Shown piece after piece: positions 22,230 through 31,869 of a DNA stretch of 64,000 nucleotides. Below the pieces are notes generated by a model. The model was not told the origin of the DNA, did not search any database, and saw nothing but the letters and a program-made list of their open reading frames with translations. The position numbers and the translations under genes are program-made. Each line of letters opens with the position of its first letter. The stretch's first letter is position 1. The stretch is taken from the NCBI GenBank assembly GCA_963836075.1, contig CAWIIB010000009.1:224001-288000 (forward strand), read 5' to 3'. The DNA comes from an uncultured Acidobacteriota bacterium. Lineage in GTDB: Bacteria > Acidobacteriota > JAQAZP01.

Positions 22230-22637
22230 CAATACTCCTCCCAAAAGGTAACCGGAACGTGTGGAGACAGCGGGAATCGGCGGGGATATCGCTCGTTAGA
22301 CTCCCTCAACTGACTGTGGTGGGCTCCTTTATGGCCATCGTGGCCGGGAGCCCTCACTCTCATACAACAACTGTAAACAATATAGGTTATGAGCGGTTTA
22401 AAATCAACACCAAGTTTATCTTTATCGTCCAAAGTGCTTGCACCAAAAGAACAAAACACCTATTATCAGTGCTTATAAAGGTCGACGGGTACGCTGGTTG
22501 AAAGCAGTTCGCATGCCCCGAACCGTTCATACCGGCCACGGACTCCATTCCAGGTGCCCGCCATTGCCATTCCTGGCGGGCAGACCCAGGTTATGTAAAG
22601 CCATCCTTGCCATTACGTGAGAAGGAGGAGAGTGAAG

Positions 22638-25190
22638 ATGTTGAAACGGATCGCAATCCTGACAGTAATAACGGCCCTGTGCTGCTGGCCCCTCTCGGCC
22701 CCGGCCGCACCGGTGGCGCCCGAAGGCGAACTGCTGGTCATGGTGGACGGGGGGAACCCCGATGCCGTCCGGATGCTGGACGGTCTGGGCGCACCGGTCT
22801 ACCACCGGGCCACTGGCCGTCTGCTGGCCGGCGTGGACAGCGCAGGTCTGGAAGTCCTGGGCGACAACGCCGTTCTGCTGGACCGCACGCCCTGGTCCGC
22901 GGGCACCAGCTACTACTGGATGATGATCCGTGACGGCAGGGACGCCGCCTTCCCCGCCGCCGCCGGTATCGAGCTGCTCTTCCGCGATGGCGGGGTGGCG
23001 CTGATCAAGGCCGGTCTCGACGAGGCCGAAAAACTCTCCATGGCCGGGCACGAGCTGGCCATGGTGACCCGCAGCCACAAGACGCTGGCCGCCCCCACAA
23101 AGAGCACCGCGCTCAGCGGCACCCGGGCCTTTGGCGGCGAGATCGACGACATGGTGGCCGACATCAACCAGCTGAGCTACACCAACAAACTACAGAACCT
23201 GGAAGATTTCGGTACCCGCTACTCCTACGCCCCGGAGAACGACGACGCCGGCGACTGGATCTACAACCAGTTCACCGGCTTTGGCCTGGACACCGAGCGC
23301 CACTGGTTCAGCATCGGCGGCAACCAGCGGATGAACGTGATCGCCACCCTGCCCGGCTACGTCTACCCCGACGAGGTGGTCTTCATCTGCGGCCACTTCG
23401 ACAGCACCTCCGAAGACCCCTACAACTCGGCCCCGGGCGCCGATGACAACGGCAGCGGCACCGCGGCCACCATCGAAGCGGCGCGGGTGCTCTCCAACTA
23501 CACCTTCGAGCGGACAATCAAGTTTGCCGCCTGGTCCGGCGAAGAGCAGGGCCTGGTGGGATCTAGCGCCTACGTGGACGACATCGCCGCCGCCGGGATG
23601 GACGTGGTGGCGGTCTACAACCTGGACATGATCGCCTACTCGGGCAACGACCCGGCCCCGCCGGACCTGGTGATCTACACCAATGGCAACTCCCTGCCGG
23701 TGGCCAACCTGCTCAGTGACGCCATCCTCTACTACGTGCCCGCCGAGGTGGAGCCGGTGATCGACACCAGCGCCCTCACCGCCAGCGACCACGCCTCTTT
23801 CTGGGACCACGGCTACCAGGCGATCCTGGGCATCGAGGACGAGGCCTGGGGCAGCGACTTCAGCCCGTACTACCACAGCACCAGCGACCTGGTGGTCAAC
23901 TGCGACCTGGCCTACGCCACCGCCTGCACCAAGGCCGGCGTGGCCGCGGTGGCCGAAACGGCAGTGCCCTTCAACCCCACCGGGATGCGGGTCACCCCCA
24001 CCACAAGCTTCTACACCGAGGGCCCCAACGGCGGGCCGTTCACTCCGCAGACCTTCGACTACACCCTGACCAACTACGAGAGCTACGCCATCACCTACAC
24101 GGTGACCGAGAGCACGGCCTGGCTCGACAGCAGCTCCACCGGCGGCACCCTGCCCGCCCTGGGCACGGCCACGGTGACCCTGTCGATCAACAGCACGGCC
24201 AACGGCCTGGCCGACGGCGGCTACACCGCTGACGTCGACTTCGTCAACACCACCAACCACGACGGTGACACCACCCGCACCGTGGAGTTGACGGTGGGCG
24301 TACCGGTGATGCAGCAGCAGTGGACCATGGACAGCAACCCCGGCTGGACCACTCAGGGCCTCTGGGCCTGGGGCCAGCCCACCGGCGGCGGCGGGCAGTA
24401 TGGCAACCCCGACCCCACCAGCGGCCACAGCGGCCCGAACGTCTACGGCTACAACCTCTCGGGCGACTACGAAAACTACCTCAACGAGACGCACCTCACG
24501 TCCAGCGCCATCGACTGCTCCACCCTGAATACGGTGATCCTCAAGTTCTGGCGCTACCTCAATGTCGAGCAGCCGGTCTACGACCACGCCTACGTCCGGG
24601 TGAGCAACGACGGCAGCAACTGGACCCAGGTCTGGACCAACACGGCCGAGATCACCGACTCGTCCTGGAGCCAGGTGGAATACGACATCTCCGCCGTGGC
24701 CGACGGCCAGTCGACGGTCTACCTCCGCTGGACCATGGGTGAGACCGATACCGCCTGGCAGTATTCGGGCTGGAACATCGACGACGTGGAGATCTGGGGC
24801 ATCGACGGCTCGTCCCAGCCCACCGACACGGTGCAGGTGGCCATCGGCTGCAGTCCGGACAACGGCGTGCTGCCCTTCACCACCCAGTTTGCGGTGTCGC
24901 TGTCCAACCTGACCACCGAGAACCGCCGGGCCGCCGGCCGGATCAACATGGTGATCGGCAACGGCACCCCGTACACCAACTGGCGCGCCGGCTGGACCAA
25001 CCTCAACGACGGCGAGACCTACAGCACTGTCTGGAACCAGAGCCTGCCGGCCCTCGGTTCGCTGGTGGGCGACAACGTCTTCACCCTCATCGGCGTGGAC
25101 GTCACCCCGGCGCCCTACAACCAGCCGCCATTCGCCCCGTCAGGCGACACCGACAGCGACGCCTGCACGGTGGTGGCGACAGCGAAGTAG
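22638..25190 (+). CDS. Secreted M28-family zinc peptidase with BACON-like, MAM-like and CTD-A domains
   Basis: GHFDS, APGADDNGSG, GEEQGLVGS, NLDMI, SDHASF and YYHSTSD motifs; SD AGGAGG; signal peptide. Confidence 0.92.
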   Translation: MLKRIAILTVITALCCWPLSAPAAPVAPEGELLVMVDGGNPDAVRMLDGLGAPVYHRATGRLLAGVDSAGLEVLGDNAVLLDRTPWSAGTSYYWMMIRDGRDAAFPAAAGIELLFRDGGVALIKAGLDEAEKLSMAGHELAMVTRSHKTLAAPTKSTALSGTRAFGGEIDDMVADINQLSYTNKLQNLEDFGTRYSYAPENDDAGDWIYNQFTGFGLDTERHWFSIGGNQRMNVIATLPGYVYPDEVVFICGHFDSTSEDPYNSAPGADDNGSGTAATIEAARVLSNYTFERTIKFAAWSGEEQGLVGSSAYVDDIAAAGMDVVAVYNLDMIAYSGNDPAPPDLVIYTNGNSLPVANLLSDAILYYVPAEVEPVIDTSALTASDHASFWDHGYQAILGIEDEAWGSDFSPYYHSTSDLVVNCDLAYATACTKAGVAAVAETAVPFNPTGMRVTPTTSFYTEGPNGGPFTPQTFDYTLTNYESYAITYTVTESTAWLDSSSTGGTLPALGTATVTLSINSTANGLADGGYTADVDFVNTTNHDGDTTRTVELTVGVPVMQQQWTMDSNPGWTTQGLWAWGQPTGGGGQYGNPDPTSGHSGPNVYGYNLSGDYENYLNETHLTSSAIDCSTLNTVILKFWRYLNVEQPVYDHAYVRVSNDGSNWTQVWTNTAEITDSSWSQVEYDISAVADGQSTVYLRWTMGETDTAWQYSGWNIDDVEIWGIDGSSQPTDTVQVAIGCSPDNGVLPFTTQFAVSLSNLTTENRRAAGRINMVIGNGTPYTNWRAGWTNLNDGETYSTVWNQSLPALGSLVGDNVFTLIGVDVTPAPYNQPPFAPSGDTDSDACTVVATAK

Positions 25191-25216
25191 AAGGAGAAGA
25201 GGGTACGGCAGATGTT

Positions 25217-25374
25217 GGGGACGTACATGAATTTATGAATTTTTCTGCCGGGGGACATCAGGGACGTACATAAGACTATAACTTTAGGTGGTCAGCACGG
25301 CCTTGAGGTTCGATGTTGGCCATCCAATTCCTTACAAGCGGGTAGCATAAAGTTATAAAGTTATGTAAGTCCCC
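25217..25374. repeat. REP/MITE-like element with ~26-bp imperfect inverted repeats
   Basis: GGGACGTACATAAGACTATAACTTTA (25261-25286) pairs with TAAAGTTATAAAGTTATGTAAGTCCC (25348-25373). An extra half-site GGGGACGTACAT lies at 25217. Confidence 0.6.
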
Positions 25375-25388
25375 AGTGTACGGTGTAC

Positions 25389-25436
25389 AAAAAAACCGGG
25401 ATTGGGGAGTTCCCACTACCCCAACCCCGGTAAAAA
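25389..25436 (-). terminator. Intrinsic terminator on the minus strand
   Basis: accgggattgggg...ccccaaccccggt stem flanked by A-runs on +. Confidence 0.7.
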
Positions 25437-25484
25437 TCGCTGTGTTGCTCTCGTTACGGTTCTGATCTGGAACAGAACCTCACG

Positions 25485-25568
25485 TCAGGTGGATGGCAGT
25501 ATCGCGATCAACATGGTCAGGAGCGCTGTCCAGATCAGGATCTCCAGATACTGTTTGCTCCTGGTCAC
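25485..25568 (-). CDS. Putative 27-aa single-TM small protein (MTRSKQYLEILIWTALLTMLIAILPST)
   Basis: GTG start after AAAGGTGG, basic N-terminus then a hydrophobic helix, followed by a terminator. Confidence 0.4.
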   Translation of the reverse strand: MTRSKQYLEILIWTALLTMLIAILPST

Positions 25569-25634
25569 TCTGTCCACCTTTGCTAAAAGATGACCTCGTG
25601 GTCACTGCAATGTTCACTCCAACAGGTTGTGTAA

Positions 25635-25982
25635 TCAGTGGGCGGCGGGGTGGACGAGGTGCGAGTAGTCGATGGCCGGGTCCATTTCGTTGGGCACCAG
25701 CATCATTCCCCCGCTGCCGTCGTCGGCTTCCACCGACCTGACGTAGTTATCGTCCACCAGTTCCCTGATCAGCCGGTCGAAATTCCGGACCCAGGTGCGG
25801 TAGGCGATCACGTTGTCCTCCACCTCGAAATCAATTTCATCACGGTCGTAGCCGGTGATGGCCCAAAAAACCGAACGCTCCCACTGATCCGGGGTGGTGG
25901 ATTTTAACCGCCGAATCTGCTTGATCATCTCAGACTTCATCACCGTCGCGGTGTCGCTGACCAGGATGCCTTCGTTGAGCAT
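25635..25982 (-). CDS. Hypothetical protein (115 aa)
   Basis: SD GGGAGG before ATG; protein-like composition. Confidence 0.7.
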   Translation of the reverse strand: MLNEGILVSDTATVMKSEMIKQIRRLKSTTPDQWERSVFWAITGYDRDEIDFEVEDNVIAYRTWVRNFDRLIRELVDDNYVRSVEADDGSGGMMLVPNEMDPAIDYSHLVHPAAH

Positions 25983-26297
25983 AGCGTGCCTCCCAGGTGT
26001 AATGGCCTAGGTGTAACGGTCTTTGAAGCATTGTGGGAATTGGGGGGATTGGGGTCAATGACAATCTTCAGGGAGATCTTCCCCGCCAAGACGGTCATCG
26101 CATCCCCGGCAAGCGACCTGTCGATATAAGCTCTGATAATACATACATTTGACAGGATTTAGACCCGGTGGGCGAGCCGGGAAAGAACCAGGTTCGGTGG
26201 GACGACCAGCCGGCCATTCGACCTTTCCCGGGCAATGATTCACGCGAATGATAGACTAAATTTTATGATCATTGGCCCGGAAGGACAAACCGGCCGC

Positions 26298-26765
26298 TCA
26301 GTCGAGGAAATCGGAGAAAAAGAAGAGGTAGGCCACCTGCATCATCCGCTCCGAGGAAGAGGCGCCGTCCACATACCCCACCACCGAATGACTGCGGTCC
26401 CGCACCACCCCCTCGTCCGAGATGGTGCCCAGGGTGGAGTGGCTCCGGTCCTGCACCCGGCCGTCCTCATTGATCCGCCCCTCGGTGGAGTGGCTGCGGT
26501 CCTTCACCAGGCCGCTGGTGGTGAGGTAGCCCTTGATCGAGTGGCTGCGGTCGCGAAAGGTGCCGTTGTCGTCGATGCGGCCGATCACCGAGTGGCTGCG
26601 GTCGCGCACCGTGCCGTCCTCCTTGACGTAGCCGAGCACCGAGTGGTTGCGGTCGCGGACGGTGATGTCGCCGGCGGCGGCCGGCTGAGCCGCAGCGGAC
26701 AGGAGCAGGAACGCTCCCAGGATCAGAACCGATATCATCGATATCCTGTGAATGCCTGGTTTCAT
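26298..26765 (-). CDS. Secreted beta-flower-like repeat protein (six 17-aa DRSHS repeats)
   Basis: Signal peptide, six G.V.DRSHS..G.I repeats and a C-terminal hydrophobic helix (MMQVAYLFFF). Confidence 0.8.
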   Translation of the reverse strand: MKPGIHRISMISVLILGAFLLLSAAAQPAAAGDITVRDRNHSVLGYVKEDGTVRDRSHSVIGRIDDNGTFRDRSHSIKGYLTTSGLVKDRSHSTEGRINEDGRVQDRSHSTLGTISDEGVVRDRSHSVVGYVDGASSSERMMQVAYLFFFSDFLD

Positions 26766-26786
26766 CCTTTGACCATACCCGAACGT

Positions 26787-29244
26787 CTACCGGGCTGACA
26801 GCTGCTGCCCGGCTGCTTTCCCCCGGGGGCCTTCGTTCCGCACCCCGGCGATCTTTCCGCCGTGGCTCATCCACTCACCGAACACCAGATCGTACGAGCC
26901 GGAGACCACGCTGACTTCCCCGGATGCGAGGCTGTAGGCGGTGACCACCGCGGGCTCATCCGGACCGGCGCCGTTGATCACGACAATATCGTCGATGCCG
27001 TTATCGCTGATATCGGCGGCGGTGACCACTGCACCGTAGTGCCCCGTGCCGGCGATGAAGTTCACCCCGGGCACCGGCGAGACCTCGAGGCCATTGTAGT
27101 TGAACGCACGGATGTGCTGCGAAAAACTCGCCCCCGGTCCGGGTCCGGTGATGATCTCGTCCCTGCCGTCACCGTCGATGTCTCCGCAGGCCACATTCAC
27201 CCCCCACTTGGGCGTGCCATAGGCAAAGAAGCTGAGGCCGTTGGCCGGAACCATTGTACCGGCCTCGTAGGACCAGCCGCGGACGTGGGCGCCATACACC
27301 GCCCCCGGTCCGGCACCGGTGATGATCTCGTCCCCCAGCACCCCGTCCACCTCCCCGCCGGCGACGTTGACACCCCACTTGGGTGTGCCGTACGCAAAAT
27401 ACGATACCCCGGGAAACGGTTCGCAGCTGCTTCCGTCATAGCTCCAGCCGCGCACGTGGGGGCCGAAGACCGCGCCCGGTCCGGCGCCGGTGATGATCTC
27501 GTCCCGGCCGTCGCCATCCAGGTCGGCCGCGGCCACGTTCACCCCGTAGCGCAGGGTGCCGTAGGCGAAGAAATTGACGTCGGGCATCGGCACTCCCACC
27601 AGGTACCAGCCGCGGACCTGGGGACCGTAGGCCGGGCTCGGGCCGGGCCCGGTGATCACGTCGTCGAAACCGTCGCCGTTGATGTCGCCGCAGGCCACGT
27701 TGACCCCGTAGCCGCCGGCGCCGTAAGCCAGCCACTCGCCCTGGGGGGTCCGGACCAGCGGCGGGTTGTACGGCCCGGGGCCGGGGCCGATGACCAGGCG
27801 GATCGACGATGTGGTTTCATCCCACGGCTCCCACTCGAAGGTCTGCTCGGCGGGAGTGGGATCGATGTTGCCGTCGGTGTCCCGGGCCCGGACCAGGAAA
27901 ACATGATCGCCCTCGGTGAGATCGTCAAAGGTGGCCCAGGTCTCCGAACCATATGACGACCAGTTGCCGTCATCGAACCTCCAGGAGTAGAGCAGGTCTT
28001 CGGGGGGATCGGGATAGTCGATACCGGTGAAGGTAAAGGTGATCACCGGCGAATCCTCCAGGCCCGACGGACCGGAGAGGATCGTGGTCTCGGGGGGGCT
28101 CTGGTCGCCTCCCGCCAGCGGGTAGTGATACCCCATGTCCAGCAGACCGCTGTCCTGCATCGCGTCGGTACGGGTGGTGCCGGTGACCATCGCTGCTGCC
28201 GGGTCGGCGGCATCCACACAGGGGCTGGTCAGCGGTTGCCCGGCGGCAACCTGCCCGAGATAGAACTCGCCCAACGGGCCGGCAACAAACAGCGGGTCGG
28301 CATCGATCATCCCCGGGCCCCAGAGGACGGAGCTCAGGTCCTGGAACACGGCTCCCTCCCCGCCTTCCACATCCGACCAGTTGACGGTCAGCACCGACCC
28401 GAATCTTACCGAGATCTCCTGACCGGCGGATATGGCCTCGTCGTGCCAGAAGATCGAGCTCTCCACCGTGACGGTGGCGGAACTGACGTACAGGCCTCCG
28501 CCCTCGCCGACGTAGTGCGTGCCGAAGGCCCAGTTTCCCGAAAACGTGCAGCCTCTGATCACGGTGGCACCGCCGCCATGGCCAATAAGGGAGATCCCGC
28601 CCCCGTCCCCCGACGAAAACCCCGCTGCGGCGTTGTTGGCGAAGAGATTGTTCTCGATCAGGGCAGGGGAATCGACGAGACAGACGGCGCCCCCTGACCC
28701 GCCGCTGAAATCGTTAACCAGCCAGCCGGCACGGTTATCAATAAAGACGTTCCCGGAGATCACCGGAGAGCCGTCGCTGCAATAGATGGCGCCGCCCGAA
28801 CCGGTGGCCCAGACATCCGACGCGATATTGTCCCGAAAAATGTTGCCGGTGATGGTGGGCGAGGCGCCGCTGCAGTAAATGGCACCGCCGTCGGGAGCAA
28901 TGCCGTTGCGAATGGTGAACCCCCGGAGCACCGAACCGGTCCCCTCCCCGCTCTGGAAACTGAACCGCACGATACCGCTCGCCGTACTCATCGGACTCGC
29001 AGTCGATGATGCAGTTTGTGGGGCCGTTCTCCGACCGCACGGTGATCGCCTTGCCGTCAAAACGGATTTCACGATTCCCGTCGCCGGTGTAAATCCCGTC
29101 GGCCACCACCACTTCATCCCCGTCAGCAGCGGCATCGATGCCGTCCTGGATGGTGGGCTGGTCGGCGGGAACAAGGATCACCTCTGCCGGAGCCGGTGAA
29201 GCGAAGGAGAGCATCAGGGCCAGAACCAATACCACGCTGCGCAT
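26787..29244 (-). CDS. Secreted beta-helix protein with Ig-like linker and CTD-B (frameshift near 28975)
   Basis: N-terminus in ORF 28738..29244 (signal peptide, VPADQPTIQDGIDAA, GNREIRFDGKAI) joins ORF 26787..29174 (GGAIYC repeats, PPETTI..GP domain, GPHVRG repeats). Paralog of 6285..9017. Confidence 0.85.
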
Positions 29245-29463
29245 GGACCGTCCTCCTCTGTAATGGACAGCGACATTCCGGCTATCACGGAAAAATCGTT
29301 CCCTTTATACATAAACCGTCCGGCCACCGAAGACAAGCGCTAACCTCCGCCGCAGCGGCCTGCAGAATCATGTAACGAACCATTGCCCGAATTTCGTAAC
29401 GAAATCTGGCCGGGGCCGGATGCACTTGCAACACCGGCAGGCGAACATTAGACTGAATTGTCC

Positions 29464-30966
29464 ATGAAAAGCCGTTCGAAGAAAAAACCCGGAGAGGCCA
29501 GCGGGATGAACGAGACCAGCAACGAACGCCACTACGACCTGATCGTCATCGGTTCCGGCCCGGCCGGCCAGAAGGCTGCCGTTCAGGCCGCCAAGCTGGG
29601 CCGGCGGGTGATGGTGGTGGAGCGGCGTTCGGTTCTGGGCGGCGTCTGCACCCACACCGGCACCATCCCCAGCAAGACCATGCGCGAGGCGATCCTGCAC
29701 CTCACCGGGTACCGCATGCATGACGTGTATGGCAAGTGGTCCCATGACCGCCGCGAGATCGGGGTCAGCGACCTCTACCGCCACGTGAACAACGTGATCA
29801 AGCACGAGATCGAGGTCAAGGAGCGCTACCTGACCAAGAACGGGGTACGGATCATCTACGGCTCGGCCAGGTTCTCCGGCCCCCACTCGGTGCTGGTGGG
29901 GGAGATCGGTTGCCAGGATACCGAGTATTCGGCGGACATCATCCTGGTGGCCACCGGGACGGTGCCGCGCCACGACCCGGACATCCCCTTTGACCGCGAG
30001 ATCATGCTGGACAGCGACGACATCCTGCACCTGGACCACCTGCCCGTATCGATGGCGGTGCTGGGCGGCGGGATCGTCGGCCTGGAATACGCCAGCATGT
30101 TCGCCGCCCTCGGGGTGCAGGTGACGCTGTTCGAACGGAACAACACCCTGCTGCCCTTCATCGACCGCGAAATCACCGACACCCTGCTCAAGATGCTCCG
30201 CAAACGGGACATGGTCTTCCGGCTGGGTGAACACGTCGAGGACGTGTCGGTGGTGGAGGTGACCACCCAGGGCCGCCCGTCCAGGGCCATCCGGATCCGC
30301 ACCGCGGAAGGCGACCCGTTGACCACGGAAAAGGCGCTCTACTGCATCGGCCGCACCGCGGCCACCGCCGACCTCAACCTGGACGCCGCGGGCCTGGTGG
30401 CCGACGAACGGGGACAGCTGGCGGTGGACAAAGGGTTCTGCACCAGCCAGCCGGGGATCATGGCCGCCGGCGACGTGATCGGCTTCCCCTCCCTCGCCTC
30501 AACGGCGATGATGCAGGGACGGATGGCGGCCAGCAGCGCCTTTGGCGCAGAGATCCTCCAGATGCCGGCCACCTATCCCATCGGGATCTACACCATCCCC
30601 GAGATCTCGTTCTTCGGCAAGACCGAGCAGCAGCTCAACGATGAAGGGACGGCCTACGAGATCGGCCGCGCCGGGTATCGCGAGATTGCCCGCGGGCCGA
30701 TGCTCGGCGACACCAGCGGCCTGCTGAAACTGGTCTTCGATCCCGAGACGAGGAAACTGCTGGGCACCCACATCATCGGCACCCAGGCCAGCGACCTGGT
30801 CCACGTGGGCATGGTGGCCCAGAGCCTGGGCGCCACCCTCGACTACTTCGCCGACACGGTGTTCAACTACCCCACATTGGCCGAGGGTTACAAGATCGCC
30901 GCCTTCAACGGCATCAACCGCCTCAAGGGCCTGAAAGACAGCCCCTCCGGACACTACGCCGGCTGA
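29464..30966 (+). CDS. sthA: Soluble pyridine nucleotide transhydrogenase
   Basis: YDLIVIGSGPAG, GGVCTHTGTIPSKT (single Cys), GDVIGFPSLAST, GIYTIPEIS and FNYPTLAE.YK.AA motifs. Confidence 0.93.
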   Translation: MKSRSKKKPGEASGMNETSNERHYDLIVIGSGPAGQKAAVQAAKLGRRVMVVERRSVLGGVCTHTGTIPSKTMREAILHLTGYRMHDVYGKWSHDRREIGVSDLYRHVNNVIKHEIEVKERYLTKNGVRIIYGSARFSGPHSVLVGEIGCQDTEYSADIILVATGTVPRHDPDIPFDREIMLDSDDILHLDHLPVSMAVLGGGIVGLEYASMFAALGVQVTLFERNNTLLPFIDREITDTLLKMLRKRDMVFRLGEHVEDVSVVEVTTQGRPSRAIRIRTAEGDPLTTEKALYCIGRTAATADLNLDAAGLVADERGQLAVDKGFCTSQPGIMAAGDVIGFPSLASTAMMQGRMAASSAFGAEILQMPATYPIGIYTIPEISFFGKTEQQLNDEGTAYEIGRAGYREIARGPMLGDTSGLLKLVFDPETRKLLGTHIIGTQASDLVHVGMVAQSLGATLDYFADTVFNYPTLAEGYKIAAFNGINRLKGLKDSPSGHYAG

Positions 30967-31032
30967 GCCCGATTCCGCACTCCTCCCCCTGGCACATTCC
31001 TTGAATCAGTAGTTCTCCGCCGATAATAAATC

Positions 31033-31062
31033 TTGACATGTGTATCCGTGAGTGGCTACATT
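31033..31062 (+). promoter_or_regulatory. Sigma70-type promoter, probably giving a leaderless TA transcript
   Basis: TTGACA-18 nt-TACATT, with the ATG at 31067 and no SD. Confidence 0.55.
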
Positions 31063-31066
31063 TACC

Positions 31067-31261
31067 ATGACAAAGAAGAGACGCGGGAACCACATATTCA
31101 AAACCTGGTCGGGCGACCATGGGCCGCTTCATGTGCATGTCTATCGTGACGGCCGATTGGTTGTGATATACGATCTGGAGAACAGGAGACCGGTTACAGG
31201 TCGGCTCTCCCGACAGATTCTGCGACTGATCAAGGAGTTAGAGGAAGAGGGTCTGCTATGA
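31067..31261 (+). CDS. DUF4160-like putative toxin
   Basis: 64 aa with the DH.P.HVHV motif; ATGA overlap with the next gene. Confidence 0.7.
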   Translation: MTKKRRGNHIFKTWSGDHGPLHVHVYRDGRLVVIYDLENRRPVTGRLSRQILRLIKELEEEGLL

Positions 31262-31728
31262 AGATAATAAAGGTCGCTCACAACAACCGGCGGAAGGTCT
31301 TCGAGGTCACCACCAGGAAAGGCACGAGCACCTTCCCCTATGCCAAGACCGATCCCCAGCCTTCGCCCGAAGACAGGATCGCTTCGCTGTTCGTGGATGA
31401 GGAACTGGCCAATGAAGGCTTCACCTACTTCTTACAGTCAGGGCGTGAAGGAAGCGTACTCCTGGATGAAGTGCTTTATTTCAACCGCGACCCCGGCTTC
31501 ATGACCGACATGCTCCTCTACAACCTGACTCTGGAGGCGCAGAAAAGAGTGGCGAGGTCGCCCCTGGGAACCCGCGAGCTGATCCGCCGGCTGGGCACCT
31601 CGGCGGCCCAGTACTACCGCCTTCTGGACCAGACGAACTACCGTAAATCCGTGCGTCAGATGCTCTCCCTGCTGCACTTGCTCAATTGTGAAGTGGAATT
31701 CGTGATCCGGGACAGAAAGAGTGCCTGA
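31258..31728 (+). CDS. Putative antitoxin with C-terminal HTH
   Basis: Translationally coupled; C-terminal RELIRRLGTSAAQYYRLLD...MLSLLHLLNCEVEF is XRE-like. Confidence 0.65.
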   Translation: MKIIKVAHNNRRKVFEVTTRKGTSTFPYAKTDPQPSPEDRIASLFVDEELANEGFTYFLQSGREGSVLLDEVLYFNRDPGFMTDMLLYNLTLEAQKRVARSPLGTRELIRRLGTSAAQYYRLLDQTNYRKSVRQMLSLLHLLNCEVEFVIRDRKSA

Positions 31729-31869
31729 TTGTAAGGAAGACAACCGCGGTTGCCGGACACTACGCCGGCTAAACTTTTCATGGACAATGAGTCCCCCTGG
31801 TAAGATAATTCCAACGATTCACGTTTCTCACTCTCGTATCAACCTAACAGCGCTGGCCCTGGTAAAGCC

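Noticed and set aside
19678-25190. Site-specific invertible switch between the two peptidases
   Set aside because: No recombinase is nearby, and inversion would only swap near-equivalent tails; kept as a domain-shuffling observation.
26380-26665. 51-bp period GAGTGGCTGCGGTC repeats as a mini-CRISPR
   Set aside because: They encode the DRSHS motif within a signal-peptide ORF, and no cas genes are present.
30990-31005. Sigma54-like TGGCAC-N5-TTGAA
   Set aside because: The -12 GC is missing, and a better sigma70 promoter lies just downstream.
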